Positions 45,987 to 57,325 of a DNA stretch of 64,000 bases are shown piece after piece (positions within the stretch are counted from its first letter, which is position 1; each line of letters opens with the position of its first letter). The position numbers were made by a program, and so were the translations under genes. Below the pieces are notes generated by a model. That model made no database searches, was not told where the DNA came from, and worked only from the letters and a program-made list of their open reading frames with translations. The stretch is from NCBI RefSeq assembly GCF_000281045.1, contig NW_008246085.1, positions 37,888-101,887 on the forward strand. The letters are read 5' to 3'. The DNA comes from Saprolegnia diclina VS20 (lineage: Eukaryota).

Positions 45987-47012
45987 CTACAGGAGCGTGC
46001 GGATCTCGTCGAGAATCGCGACTTCAAACCCGACTGTGTTTTTCGAGAAAGCCTCCATGAGGTACTCGGCGTCGAGCGCGGCGCCGTCGTGCTTGGTCGG
46101 ACTCGACTTTTGGAAAAACTTGACCATGCTCGCTGTCAACGAGAGCGGCTCGACCGTGAGCCACGACACTTCGTTCGAGTGGGCGCAGTTTGAGTCCATC
46201 GGATACAAGGCGTCGGCGTGAATGCTCCGACAGATGACGGCAAAGCGGGCCGGCGCGGCGTGGTAGCGCTTGACGACGACGCGGCGCTGGGTCTCGAGCG
46301 CAGCGTGTCGGCGAACACCGGCCACATACGTCGTGTCAACGTCGACTTCATGCAAGAGGCGATACGACCCGTTGAGCTGCGGGATGGGCACAGAGCCCCG
46401 GAGCACACGCCACACGGCCTCGCATGCGACGCCAAACGCAGCTGGGAACGGCACGCAGACGATGGTCTGGATCTCCAGTGTATGATGTAGCGTGATCTTG
46501 GGTACGTACTCGTGGCGGTGCAGTGGCGACTCGATCAAGCCGGCTTCGATGAACGCGCTATCGAGGTCGGCAAACACGCGGTCGACGATCGCCGGGATCG
46601 CAATGCGCCGGAGCGCCGGGTCGGCCACGAGCACGAGCTGGCGCCATTGGTCGTCTTCGTTGTCAGCGATGAGCGCCATCTTTGGTCGCTTGCGCACAAG
46701 GTTGACGAGGCACTCGGCGAACTGCACCTGCTCCTCGAGCATCTCTTTGAGCCGGCGGTTCTCACGCTGCGAGTCGTGCTGGCGCTTGCGCTCGCCTTTT
46801 GCCAGTCGCTCCCAGCGACTCGCGCTGCGCGTCGGGCTCTTCTCCGTTGTGAGCCGAGCAAGCTCGGTGTGCAACGTGTGCACCGTTGCCTTCAAGTACG
46901 CGAGCTCGTCCTGCTGCTTCTTGCGGTGCTTGAGCGTGGCGATCTGCTGCTTGGTGCGGGGCGGCGCCTCGCGCGCCAAGTCGTCGCAGATGCCAGCGAC
47001 GAGCTCCGTCAT
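45987..47012 (-). CDS. bZIP-like/START-like array member 2
   Basis: ATG 47012 (MTELVAG); KHRKKQQDELAYLK; same conserved blocks as member 1. Confidence 0.85.
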   Translation of the reverse strand: MTELVAGICDDLAREAPPRTKQQIATLKHRKKQQDELAYLKATVHTLHTELARLTTEKSPTRSASRWERLAKGERKRQHDSQRENRRLKEMLEEQVQFAECLVNLVRKRPKMALIADNEDDQWRQLVLVADPALRRIAIPAIVDRVFADLDSAFIEAGLIESPLHRHEYVPKITLHHTLEIQTIVCVPFPAAFGVACEAVWRVLRGSVPIPQLNGSYRLLHEVDVDTTYVAGVRRHAALETQRRVVVKRYHAAPARFAVICRSIHADALYPMDSNCAHSNEVSWLTVEPLSLTASMVKFFQKSSPTKHDGAALDAEYLMEAFSKNTVGFEVAILDEIRTLL

Positions 47013-47493
47013 TGTCGCCGGGTCTGGCAGTAAGATCTCTGCTGCGCCAGGGTCCGAATGCGCGTAAGTACTTGGGCGCATCGATCAACGTCGATCAACG
47101 CCGAACGCTGCAAATCGCTGAAAAAGCCAGCGTGTCAACGCATACGGCGTGTTATAACGCGCGGTCGCCCACCAGGCATCCAACGGACCAATCACATAGC
47201 AGTGTTATAACAGTATCGCGTACTGGATTCGTGACGCGATCGACAGGCTTGACACGCGCAGACATACTCATACGTGGCAGCCTCCTGGACTCTCGACGAT
47301 ACTTGCCTGAGACGCTCCACGTTGTTGCCGGCGTGTTCCGAAGGCGATTGCGCTAGCAGGTGGTCCCTCGCAATCGCCGGGGCGGTCTGACACGTCACGA
47401 TGACCAAATGACCCAGTTCCGAGCTCTGCAGACTTGACTTGGAGGCGGTATCACAGACTCATGAGTCATTCTTGTACATACTACTAGTACGGG

Positions 47494-48615
47494 TCAGTGC
47501 GACTCTTCAGACGAGCTACCGCCGCTCGTGTCGCCATCGACGAGGCTCTCCATGGTCGCAATGAAACCGTCGCAGTAGCTCCCATATAGCTCCATGAGGT
47601 ACTTGCTCTCCGGTTCTTGGATCTCGGCGGGTCGAAAGTCTTTGAACGCTGGCTTGGACTTTTGAAAGTACTTGGCAACGACAGTCGCCGTCCCAGTGGG
47701 CTCGAGCACGAGCCAAGAAACTTCTTCCGAGATGTCAAGACCCGGCTCGGTCGGGTGCAGCGCGTCGCTCGTGACGTTGCGCGCTACGATGACGCAGCGA
47801 CCGGAAGGTTCCATGTACCGGCGCATGACGACGCGCCGAAGCATGGTTCCCACTGTGTAGTGGCACACGCTGTGCACATACGCGGTGCTCTCGTCGAGCT
47901 CTTCGAGCAGCGTGTAGACACCACCGACGCTCCGAACGGGATAGGCGCCGCGAATGACGTCCCAGACACAACGGAAGGCAGTCTCGACCGCCGTGTGCAT
48001 CGTCCACTGCAGAATTGTGTGCACTTCGACAGCGCCGTGTACGACATGCGCGAGGTACTGGCGGTGGTCGTGCGTCGAGTCGACGAGCCGCGCTTCAATG
48101 TACGCGCCGTCGATATTTGCATACTCATCGTCCAACAGCGCATGGGCCGTCGTGACGCGGTGGCTATGGCGCACGCCAAGACTTGCGGTTTTCCACGGCT
48201 TTTCGCATGCGGCGCCAAAGAGCGAGAGTCGCGGCCGCTTGCGCACGATCGCTGCGAGCGACTCGGCAAACTTGACCTGGTCTTGCAGGGTGGCTTGTAG
48301 CCTGTCGTTCTCACGCACGGCTTGGAGGCGGCGCTTGCGCTCCCGCTTTGCAAGCTGCTCCCAGAGCGACGGCGGCTGGATCATGGCCGTGAGCTCGGCC
48401 GACTCTTTCAGGACCCGGACTTGCTCTTGAAGCTCGGCGACCTTGGCCTGCAGGTACAGCAGTTCGTTCTTCTGCTTGAGCTGGTGGCGCTGGAACGAGC
48501 TGAGCTTCTTTGGCGACGCGGTCGTAGGCAGCTCGACGCCGCCGAGCCAGGCTTCGACAGCTTTGTGGGCGTCGTCGCCCATTGCTCTGTGGGCGTTTTT
48601 AGCTGTCTCCGTCAT
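47494..48615 (-). CDS. bZIP-like/START-like array member 3
   Basis: FQRHQLKQKNELLYLQ; PPSLWEQLAKRERKRR; closest to member 4. Start may be 48582. Confidence 0.85.
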   Translation of the reverse strand: MTETAKNAHRAMGDDAHKAVEAWLGGVELPTTASPKKLSSFQRHQLKQKNELLYLQAKVAELQEQVRVLKESAELTAMIQPPSLWEQLAKRERKRRLQAVRENDRLQATLQDQVKFAESLAAIVRKRPRLSLFGAACEKPWKTASLGVRHSHRVTTAHALLDDEYANIDGAYIEARLVDSTHDHRQYLAHVVHGAVEVHTILQWTMHTAVETAFRCVWDVIRGAYPVRSVGGVYTLLEELDESTAYVHSVCHYTVGTMLRRVVMRRYMEPSGRCVIVARNVTSDALHPTEPGLDISEEVSWLVLEPTGTATVVAKYFQKSKPAFKDFRPAEIQEPESKYLMELYGSYCDGFIATMESLVDGDTSGGSSSEESH

Positions 48616-49027
48616 CAACACATTTCATTGGCCAAAACCAAGCGCAACATCGCCATCGCATTGGCCCATTGCGACCTGAGCGGCCAATCACAGCAAAGCA
48701 ACACCTTCCAGTGTTGAGGCCGCCTAACATCGACTGGGGGAAGACCACAAAGCTGTCGGGCGCTGCCCGTCGTAGCACGCGCAGCCATTCGCTATTCTCC
48801 GAGCGCATCGACACCGAATACTTGAGAGTCTTGCAGGATAAATACACTGTAATCGCTATCGATGCAGTGGATCCCGATCCTAGCAATTAATGATCTGCAC
48901 GTATCATGTGGTCGCTATCGAGGCGCTGGATAACCCACAAGAAAAATCCAGTGGCTACTCGGTGCTACTATACGTGTATAACGACGTGATAAGATGTTCG
49001 GTGTCGTTCCCGCTATGACGTGGCAGC

Positions 49028-50173
49028 CTACGCGTCGATTACCGAGTCGTCGGACGAGCTGCCGTCGGTCTGAAGAAGCATGAGCACGGCCCGTTCGAAC
49101 TGGTACGAGTGATCGGCGTAGAGATCCAGGAGGTACTGGCTCTCGATCGTCGCCGCGTCGAGAGGCTTGTCAAAGCAGGGTGTCGATTTCTGAAAGTACT
49201 TGACGACCGTCTCGTTTGGTGCCGTCGCCTCAAACGTCATCCACGAGGCCTCGTCCGAGATGCGCGCATCGACAGGGTACAACGCGTCCTGTGTGACGTT
49301 CCGGCCTACGAGGACTACTTGGGACGGCGACTCGACGTACCGCCGCATGACGACACGTCGGAGCATCGTGCCCACGGCATAGCGCCGCTCGCTATGCACG
49401 TACGACGTGTGCTCGTCGATCTCTTCCTTGAGCTCGTACGTGCCATCGAGCGACCGGACGGGGTAGGCGCCGCGAAGAATGTCCCAGGCGACGCGCACGA
49501 CGGCCTCGAGCGGTCTCATCAGCCGGATGTGCAGAATCGTGTGCACTTGGACGACGCCGTGGAGCAGGACGGCTCGGTGGGCGCGCACGGGGCCTGTCGG
49601 GTCGATGAGGTGCGCCTCGACAAAGGCACTCTCAAGCACCGCGCGGGCCGCGTCCGAAATTTCGTGGCACGTGCGCTGGCGCGAGGGCAAGTCGGCGCAG
49701 AGGGCAATGGCTTCCTGGAGCGCCGTCTCGGTGTCTGCAAAGAGCGCAATGCGCGGCCGCTTGCGTACGATCGCAGCGAGCGACTTGGCAAACTTGACTT
49801 GCTCCTCCAACGACGCTTTGAGCCGCTCGTTTTCGCGCACGGCAGCGAGCCGGCGCTTGCGCTCGCGCTTGGCCAGCTGCTCCCATAGTGACGGCGGGTC
49901 CATGATCGCGCAGAGCTCATTTGTCTCATGGAGGACGCGCACGTGCTCCTCGAGCGCGGCGACCTTGTCTTGGAGGAACTCGAGCTCGGTTCGCCGCTTG
50001 TCTTTGTGGCGGTAGTACGCCGACCGCTGCTTTCCCTTGCGCACCTGCGCGTCATCTTCGTCATCGTCATCGTCATCCGAGTTGGTCGATGTGCTTGGCG
50101 CGGCGCGGCGTGGGCGGCCTCGCCTCTCGTCAGGAGGCGTTGCGTCACCCGCCGCACCACAATTCGCCATCAT
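49028..50173 (-). CDS. bZIP-like/START-like array member 4
   Basis: YYRHKDKRRTELEFLQ; PPSLWEQLAKRERKRR; GAYPVRS and GTMLRRVVMRRY shared with member 3. Confidence 0.85.
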   Translation of the reverse strand: MMANCGAAGDATPPDERRGRPRRAAPSTSTNSDDDDDDEDDAQVRKGKQRSAYYRHKDKRRTELEFLQDKVAALEEHVRVLHETNELCAIMDPPSLWEQLAKRERKRRLAAVRENERLKASLEEQVKFAKSLAAIVRKRPRIALFADTETALQEAIALCADLPSRQRTCHEISDAARAVLESAFVEAHLIDPTGPVRAHRAVLLHGVVQVHTILHIRLMRPLEAVVRVAWDILRGAYPVRSLDGTYELKEEIDEHTSYVHSERRYAVGTMLRRVVMRRYVESPSQVVLVGRNVTQDALYPVDARISDEASWMTFEATAPNETVVKYFQKSTPCFDKPLDAATIESQYLLDLYADHSYQFERAVLMLLQTDGSSSDDSVIDA

Positions 50174-50799
50174 GAACCGTTTGCAGCAATGGACCTGGAT
50201 TGGTCAAAAAGCTGCTAAGGACGCGCCGGATTGGCCGATCAGATGGCCTGACTAGCGTCGACAATACTTCCAATTTGTCGACCCAAAATGCACGACAATC
50301 TCACCCCGAATGTCCAAGCAACATCGAATATCTTTTGGTCTAGTTTAATATGTGAATATATCTGATAGGAAGCGCGGTTCGTGGCGCGCATCGAAGCGTT
50401 TAGGGCTCGTTGAACCACCTTGCAGTGGCGCGGCAAGGGTCAATAATTATTGACCCTTGGGTGCGGTTTCGTTCAACCAAGTCCCCAAATCTTATGTATT
50501 TCATTCGCGTGGACGCCGCGGTGTTGGACGAGGGCTACCCAGCCATATGAATAGTGCTGCTTGAAGTAATACCCGTACTTGGCGCAAAGCTTAGAGCTGA
50601 GAGTCCCCATTTTAGGCCACAACAAGTTGCCCGATCGTCCTATATCTGTTGTTCTGCACTCCGGCCTCGACGACCGGCTGGCTTGAGCTCGTTCAAGACA
50701 GATCAAAATCGAAAGGTGGACTCAAGGGCAAAGCGAAAAATCAGTATACATTAGTGAGCTCGTCACGGGTCCAGAAGACCTCGCGAGGCTCACGATCGA

Positions 50800-51000
50800 A
50801 TACCTACTGGCTGTAGTCAGCACTATGCTAGTATAAACTATACCTTGGCCGGCAGGTTGAAGCAGATAGCGCGCGAACAATTTGACGACACGATTGACGG
50901 CACAATTGCCAACGCGCTGGTGTGCAACCGGAGTGGGAGTTGCGTCCGGTTCATCAGTCTCGACAAGAGTCGACGCGCTATAGACCATGACGCTGGGAAG
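50800..51000 (+). mobile_element. Possible highly decayed non-LTR (LINE) reverse transcriptase fragment
   Basis: Frameshifted 'YKL..LAGRLK..' followed by 'FISLDKS..A.D' resembles RT motifs DYK.LA.RLK and LD..KAFD; short and disrupted. Confidence 0.3.
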
Positions 51001-51333
51001 GACCTCTCACAGCGCCTCGTCCGGGGCTCAAGCGACGATACTCGAGCACAACCTGGAGCGGGTACAGGAGACGCTTGCTAGTCTCTGCGCAGTGTTGCAA
51101 ACACAGCACCTCGACCCATCTTGATACTTGATACTTGTAGCCTACAAAGCATCTCCACCAACAAGTTGTAGGTCTTGACGCAACGCGTCGCCTTCCGTGG
51201 ATGTTTCCATTACTTGAACACAGCAATAGCCTTCTAAATTACGACTAGTAGCGTCAAACTCGACCATTGCAGCATTGGACGAAGCGCATACGATATGCAG
51301 AGGAAGGTGACGTGACACAAAACACATTTTTAT

Positions 51334-51433
51334 NNNNNNNNNNNNNNNNNNNNNNNNNNNNNNNNNNNNNNNNNNNNNNNNNNNNNNNNNNNNNNNNNNN
51401 NNNNNNNNNNNNNNNNNNNNNNNNNNNNNNNNN
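51334..51433. other. Assembly gap (100 N)
   Basis: Run of exactly 100 N, typical of an unsized scaffold gap. Confidence 0.99.
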
Positions 51434-52598
51434 CTCTCGTTCAGTCGCCAGCAGCAGCGCGTGTGGGCATAGACAAGGCTGTGCACGTCATGCAAAGCCC
51501 AGCGTGACGTCGAAGGATACTACTCGGCATGTTTCGCATGGCGTGCTCGGGTTCATATTCTGGTTCTGAGCGACACCCAAGGTGCATTGTATCGGCAGCG
51601 CGGATTCATATTGCTGTTCATTGTTTCTGTGTACGAAGAGCACGAGACGCTAGTGGTAGTCTCGACCTGATATCAGGCTCTGCGGTCTCTCAGCTCGGCA
51701 ATTCATCGCTTGGTGTCGCCTGCAATTGCATTGACGTCTATCCCAAAAGGTCATTTTCATGATGACACAGCTCCATGGGTCATGACAGCTCTCAGTTGAG
51801 GCCCAAGCTTCGATTCGGACGGCGTCAGAGATTGGTCGCTTAGGAGCACTCGGGCAAGAAGGCAAAGTTCTCGAGCCTTGCCACCTCCAGCACCTCTAAG
51901 CGCGTTGATGCCTGGCGAGTGCGGCACGGGGTCGTCTTTTTTGTTGCTACGGCCGACAACGATCAACGCACGTAGCTTCTTGCCCACTTGTACACGTCAT
52001 GCTGCAGCACTAGTACTCACTGCCCCGATTGACCTCGCTGTTGTCAAAGCTACCAGAAGCTCGCCCGACGTGACGATGATATCTGCATGCACGATGGCTC
52101 AATGAGCGCTTCAAAGAGTCGCAACTTTGTCTCAACCTTGAGGCGGATGCTCACGACACCCTTTAGACTCATTGCATGAATGGCCTATTGAGATCGCGGT
52201 GGGTGTTAAACAGACTTGAATTGCCCGAGTTGCAGCAAGGCCTCTCCAGACAACTAACAGTCTTGATCCAGCAAATGTAAGCTCTGGAGGCGAGATGGAA
52301 CTTCCCAGCAACCGCGTCGTGTGTCGGGTCCCTCGTACGTCGTTTTCGTTTTCCCTTCAACCTTTAGTGCCTGACACAGTCTCCTTCTCTGCTAAACATG
52401 TCTCTTGTTGACGACAGAGCTTCTCGTGGGCTTCGTTGTACTGACGACCTCATACAGCACCAACCGCTGCGGTGTTGAGTAGCTCGGCTGAATTCATCTC
52501 ATCGCGTCAAGTTCAAGTTCCACCGGCGTCCTCTCACTTGCTGACAATGACGACATCAATCAATACAAGACAGTTCACTACACAAAACACTTGCGCCA

Positions 52599-53711
52599 TC
52601 AGCCGTACGCAGCACGCGCTTCGGGCTTTGTCTTTGCAAACGCCGCTCGCTGGTGCGCGCCAAACTGCTTGTCGGCTTCGAGGAGGAACATCCGCAGCTC
52701 GTTCTGCGACGCACCGTGCAGATCCTGCATGTACGTTCGAATCTCGTCGGGCGAGCAGTCGTGTCCGGACGTAAATGGCTGGAGCTTGGTGAAGACCTTG
52801 AAGAGGAAGCCCGACTCGCACGGCTCGAGGAGCATCCAGCCGACTTCTCGCGCAATGTCCTTGCCGGCTTCAAATGGAAAGAGCTCGTCGTCTTCAACGC
52901 TCCGCCACACGAGGACAAACCGATTTGCCTCGTTGTAGCGCTTGACGATGACGTTGCGGACGCTTGTGCCCAGGGTGTAGTGGCGCTTGGTCGTAATGTA
53001 GGTGGTCGAGTCGTCGACCGTGGTGAGCACCTCACGGAACCCGGTCGGCGACGCAACGAGCACCGCTCCGCTCATAATGTCCCAGATGACGCGGGTCATG
53101 ATCTCAAAGTCCATGGGCGTGTCCAAGCGACGAGGGAGGCGGGCGCAAACGCGGGCTTGGATCTCGAGCGTTTGGTGGAACACGCGTGTCTCGAACGAGT
53201 GGGGCACGGCGCGCGCCTCAACGAGACCCGCCTCCAAGAAGGCGCTGCGCAAGTGTTGGCGCTCGCGGTCCGCCATGGCGTGGTAACCCGAGTAGCGCAG
53301 AAGCGGGTCCGCGCCAAGGCGGAGGTGCTTCCACGAGTCGTTCGGGTCCATCGCAACGGCGAGCGGGCGTGGCGTCTTCTCGATGAGCAGCGAGAGCGCC
53401 TGCGCGTGCTCGGTATACTCCTTCACAGCAACCTTGAGCCGACGGTTCTCGGTCATGCTCTCGCAAAGTCGCTTGCGCTCCGACTTGGCGAGGCGTGCCC
53501 ACTCGCTCGTTGCGGGGTGGGCTGCGTCTGCGAGCTCGCGGGCTGCGTGGAGCGCGCGCAGCTGGCCCCGGAGCTCGGTCACTTGGCGCTTGAGCGACGC
53601 CGCCTCGGCGTGCTGCCGGTCCATGTAGCGCTGGTACGGCGACCGCTTGGGCGGCGCGACTTGCGTCGAAGCGTCGTCGTCATACTCGGGCGTCGACAGG
53701 AGCGCGTCCAT
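52599..53711 (-). CDS. bZIP-like/START-like array member 5
   Basis: YQRYMDRQHAEAASLK; WARLAKSERKR..ENRRLK; AFLEAGL; VKRYNEANRFVLVWRSVEDDELFP. Confidence 0.85.
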   Translation of the reverse strand: MDALLSTPEYDDDASTQVAPPKRSPYQRYMDRQHAEAASLKRQVTELRGQLRALHAARELADAAHPATSEWARLAKSERKRLCESMTENRRLKVAVKEYTEHAQALSLLIEKTPRPLAVAMDPNDSWKHLRLGADPLLRYSGYHAMADRERQHLRSAFLEAGLVEARAVPHSFETRVFHQTLEIQARVCARLPRRLDTPMDFEIMTRVIWDIMSGAVLVASPTGFREVLTTVDDSTTYITTKRHYTLGTSVRNVIVKRYNEANRFVLVWRSVEDDELFPFEAGKDIAREVGWMLLEPCESGFLFKVFTKLQPFTSGHDCSPDEIRTYMQDLHGASQNELRMFLLEADKQFGAHQRAAFAKTKPEARAAYG

Positions 53712-54329
53712 TCGTGTACTATCAAAAGCGCGTTACGCAGAACAAAGAAATGACAAGGAAGGATTCGTGTTGCTTGCGATTGGCGCCAGTGAGAAAGCTA
53801 CTCAGTGACCGCCCACGAGCTGACACGTTGCAGGTGCCGCCTCTGACGACGACCTTGATATTACTTTGGGTGTTTTGCATGGGGCTGGGAAGCGCCGGTG
53901 TCATGATGGCGCCGCGATTTCTTCGAGCCGTTGGCAACCGCCAGCAGCAACTTTCGTGCTACGGTGGAGTGCACCTTTGGCTCGTCGCTCCACGATGTAC
54001 GCACCAGATGGTTGTGCAATGGTGCTGCTCCCTCTCGCTGCACCTCGGCGCTCGTCAACATACTTGGTATCAACGCGTGTACACCGAGATCCAACGCCAC
54101 ACCGACGGTAGAATGGCCTTGCTGAAGTGATGACTGTAGCATCCAACTGCTCAGCAAACCTGATGGCTTGTGCCGCTCGACCCCATCGGCGGTGTCTGCT
54201 CCGTCGCTGGGCGAACAGAAGTGGTGCCGACTTGGTGGAGACACGCAGTTGTATCATAGATGTAGCCCAAAAGGTCCATCGAAGTAGGCCTCGCGATCTT
54301 CTTTCGCGTCGCGGCGACCGCGCGAGTAG

Positions 54330-54934
54330 GCGCTTGTTCATGGAAGCCGAGTGATGTAGTCAGTTGTGGACGTTGCGTCTCGCATTGCTCGAACACGACG
54401 GGATCTTCGCAAGATTCTCCACAAAGTCCAAGGTTCCCGACTACAACAACCTCGGACCTCAAAATGCAAGCCGTGCATGCGACCACTCGTGCAGGACTTC
54501 AGTACAATACATTGTCGTCACAAGGTAAAGGGAATAGCGGGCTGCTTGTGCAGGAGCTCCGAGACGCTATCGGCAAAGTCGGCTTGTTCTTGCACCGCAG
54601 CTCGCAATCGTCGGTTCTCAAAGATCGCGCTGAGCATGCGCCGGCGCTCGTCCCGCGCGAGCTGCCAGTACTCACACGACACTGGGCGATGCCCGATATG
54701 CTGCACCGCTTGTAGCGTGCGAAGAAAGTCTTCGAGGTGGCGGATTTGAACCCGGAGCGCGTCGGCTTGAGCCTGCTGGCGGTCCATGTAGCGCTGGTAC
54801 GCCGAGCGCGGACGGGCTTCAACGAGCGTCGTCAAGATGTCTTGCTCCTCGGGCGTCAAGAGGTGCGAGATCGAGTGCGTTGTCCACGATACGGGCATCG
54901 CGGGCACGAGAGCCGGCGGCTGGCGACTGGTCAT
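54330..54934 (-). pseudogene. Truncated, decayed array member 6
   Basis: ATG 54934; YQRYMDRQ and YWQLARDERRR..ENRRLRAAVQEQADFA intact, then stop at 54518; only remnants beyond (RMHGLHFEV, LWRILR, TDYIT), indicating deletions. Confidence 0.75.
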
Positions 54935-55293
54935 GGACTCAAGTCGGAGCGAATTGTATACTAACGCCATGTGTGCAGCCATCCAATATTTCACCGGCGC
55001 TCCGACAAGAGTCCACGTCAGCTGCACCCCAACGGCTCCCATGAAAATCGAAGACGCAGAGATGGCTGTTCCAAGCAATCGTATACATCCACTGAATGCA
55101 TCCACAAGTGACTTGGTGCACGCGGCCACACACAAGTGGTGGGGCGCGACTGGACGCACCTTCGATGCAATCAGTAGCTTGCCTCCCATGGCGTGACATC
55201 GTTCTCGTGCATACTGACACGTCATGTGATTAGTCAAGATGGACGGTTCGCACGTCTCGCCGTACTGGACGGTGGTCTGCGATCAAGAAATAG

Positions 55294-56382
55294 CTACTTA
55301 CATCTCAATGTCCCACGACTCCTCTGGGCGACGCGCTCCTTGACCTCGTTCGTAACGACCTCGGTCGCGTCGCTAAACGTGCTGTGGATGTCGACGAGGT
55401 ACTCGCTAATGAGGCGCGGTGACATGTCGCCGTTGCTGGCGCGGAACGGCTGCGTCTTGTGAAAGTACTTGAGCAAAATCGCGTTGTGAATCGGCTCGAT
55501 GGTGCACCACATGACCTCTTTCGAGACGTCGCAGTCGGTCGTGATCGGGTACAACTCGTCGCGTTCGATGCTGCGCCCGACGACGACGCTCCGGTTTGCC
55601 TCCTTGTAGAGCTTGTAGATCATCCGGCGCTGGGTCGATCCGAGTCGGTACGGTTTCGTGTTCATCGAGTATGACACGCTGTCGTCGACTTGGTCGAGGA
55701 GCACACGCGTTTTGCTGCGCGTTGGGATTTTGACTGCACCCCGGAGCACGTCCCATAGCGTCGCAGAGACGAGCGCGAGATGCGTGCTCACGTCGGTGGC
55801 GCCATTGAGCGGTAGCGCCACCGCGTACTTGGATTGAATCTCGAGGGTGTGGCCATGTAGACGCGGCTCGTGGCTTGGCACCTGCGTCTCCGACTCGATG
55901 AGCCCAGCCTCGATGAACGCGCTGTTGAGAAGTTGGTATTCGCGGTCGACGATCGCATGGAAGGCGTCTCGGCGCGCGCTCGGTTCGCGCACCAAGTGCA
56001 GCTCGCGCCACTGGTCGCGCGGGTCGGTTGGAAAGAGGCAGAGCCGGGGTTTCTTGCGGAGGAGCGAGGCGAGCGACTCGGCAAAGTGGACTTGCTCCTG
56101 CACCGCAGCCTTCAAGCGCTCGTTTTCAACAAGCGCGTCATGCTGCCGCTTGCGCTCGTTCTGTGCAAGCTGCTTCCACCGACCTGGCGGATGCACGGCC
56201 TCCTCGACTTCCTTGTCGAGCATGAGTACCTCGAGCACGCTGTGGAGCTCGGTGATCTTGTCTCGGAGGTACGCCAGCTCTTCTTGCTGCCGGCGCACGT
56301 GGCGCGTCGATGCAGGTACCTTGGCGTCACTGCCGTTGCTGGACGGTGGCGCAGCGTCCCCGTCCTTGTCCCGCGACTCCAT
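55294..56382 (-). CDS. bZIP-like/START-like array member 7
   Basis: ATG 56382 (MESRDKDG); RHVRRQQEELAYLR; WKQLAQNERKRQ; AFIEAGL; RSIERDELYP. Confidence 0.85.
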   Translation of the reverse strand: MESRDKDGDAAPPSSNGSDAKVPASTRHVRRQQEELAYLRDKITELHSVLEVLMLDKEVEEAVHPPGRWKQLAQNERKRQHDALVENERLKAAVQEQVHFAESLASLLRKKPRLCLFPTDPRDQWRELHLVREPSARRDAFHAIVDREYQLLNSAFIEAGLIESETQVPSHEPRLHGHTLEIQSKYAVALPLNGATDVSTHLALVSATLWDVLRGAVKIPTRSKTRVLLDQVDDSVSYSMNTKPYRLGSTQRRMIYKLYKEANRSVVVGRSIERDELYPITTDCDVSKEVMWCTIEPIHNAILLKYFHKTQPFRASNGDMSPRLISEYLVDIHSTFSDATEVVTNEVKERVAQRSRGTLRCK

Positions 56383-57018
56383 CTTGCTTGAATGCTCGGA
56401 GAACCTCTGCAAATTAATATCGCTTGAACACCTGCAGTGGTGGACTGACCGTGCCCTTCTGCGCCACGCTTCGCCAAGTGTATTTAGCATTGGTACTCGT
56501 CGTCGTTGGTGTGAATCGCAACAGCGCCTAGCAATCGATAAACTGAGACTTGACCAACCGAGCGCTGCATACAGGCGATGGCAACGTACCATGCGTGTTG
56601 CTTGGCCATACCCTCCAGTATATGATGCGATGCTATTGTAGTAGGCTTCAGTACAAGCTGCGCTGCAAGACCTAGATCTCTCCACGCCGAGCCAATTGCG
56701 TGTCGAGTACAGACACAAGAGGTTGTTGTTGGGTTTGGCCACGTTCTCGAAGCGTCCTTCGCAGCAATAGGCACCCCAGAGCCTCTGGGCCAGAGGGCGC
56801 GCTCGTCAATACACTGTAAACCCCGCCAAAGTAACTCCTCCTGGCCCGACTTATCGCGGTCGATAGCGCCCAGGTCTCCAGAGTTTTTGATAGCACGCTT
56901 GTCGTCCTCGCTGCTCCGAGTGCCACGTATGAAGTAGTCATGGCCAGGCAAATATTACTTTACAGAGGTTTCAAGCACAGGCCAATGGCGTCGCTTGTGT
57001 CATTGAATCGCCGAGACG

Positions 57019-57280
57019 ATGGAAGCCCTCGAAGCGTGCGAAGCGTACAAGGCCAAGGCCCGCGCGTGCTACGGCAGCTGGTTCGACGGCCTCCTCAAGG
57101 GCAACTTTGTCCAGTCCGACTGCGACCAGGAGACGGATGACTACAAGCAGTGCATCCTCGTACGTCCACTGCTGCCATCACGACCGCATTCAAGCGCTGG
57201 CATAGGAAAACATGGAGAAGATGAAGAAGGATACCGCCGCCAAGGCAAAGGCCCAGAGCGACGGCAAGCCGTCGGCGTAG
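57019..57280 (+). CDS. Mdm35/TRIAP1-like twin CX9C mitochondrial intermembrane-space protein
   Basis: C-EAYKAKARA-C..WF..LLKG..C-DQETDDYKQ-C (two CX9C); intron 57160-57205; stop 57278-57280. Confidence 0.8.
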
Positions 57281-57325
57281 ACGAGTCTCAACACAATTCA
57301 ACTGTAGACGCTTTGTTCCCATAGC

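Noticed and set aside
56400..56951. Upstream extension of ORF 55294-56742 and ORF 56484-56951
   Set aside because: They lack the coding-type codon bias, and paralog alignment places the start at 56382.
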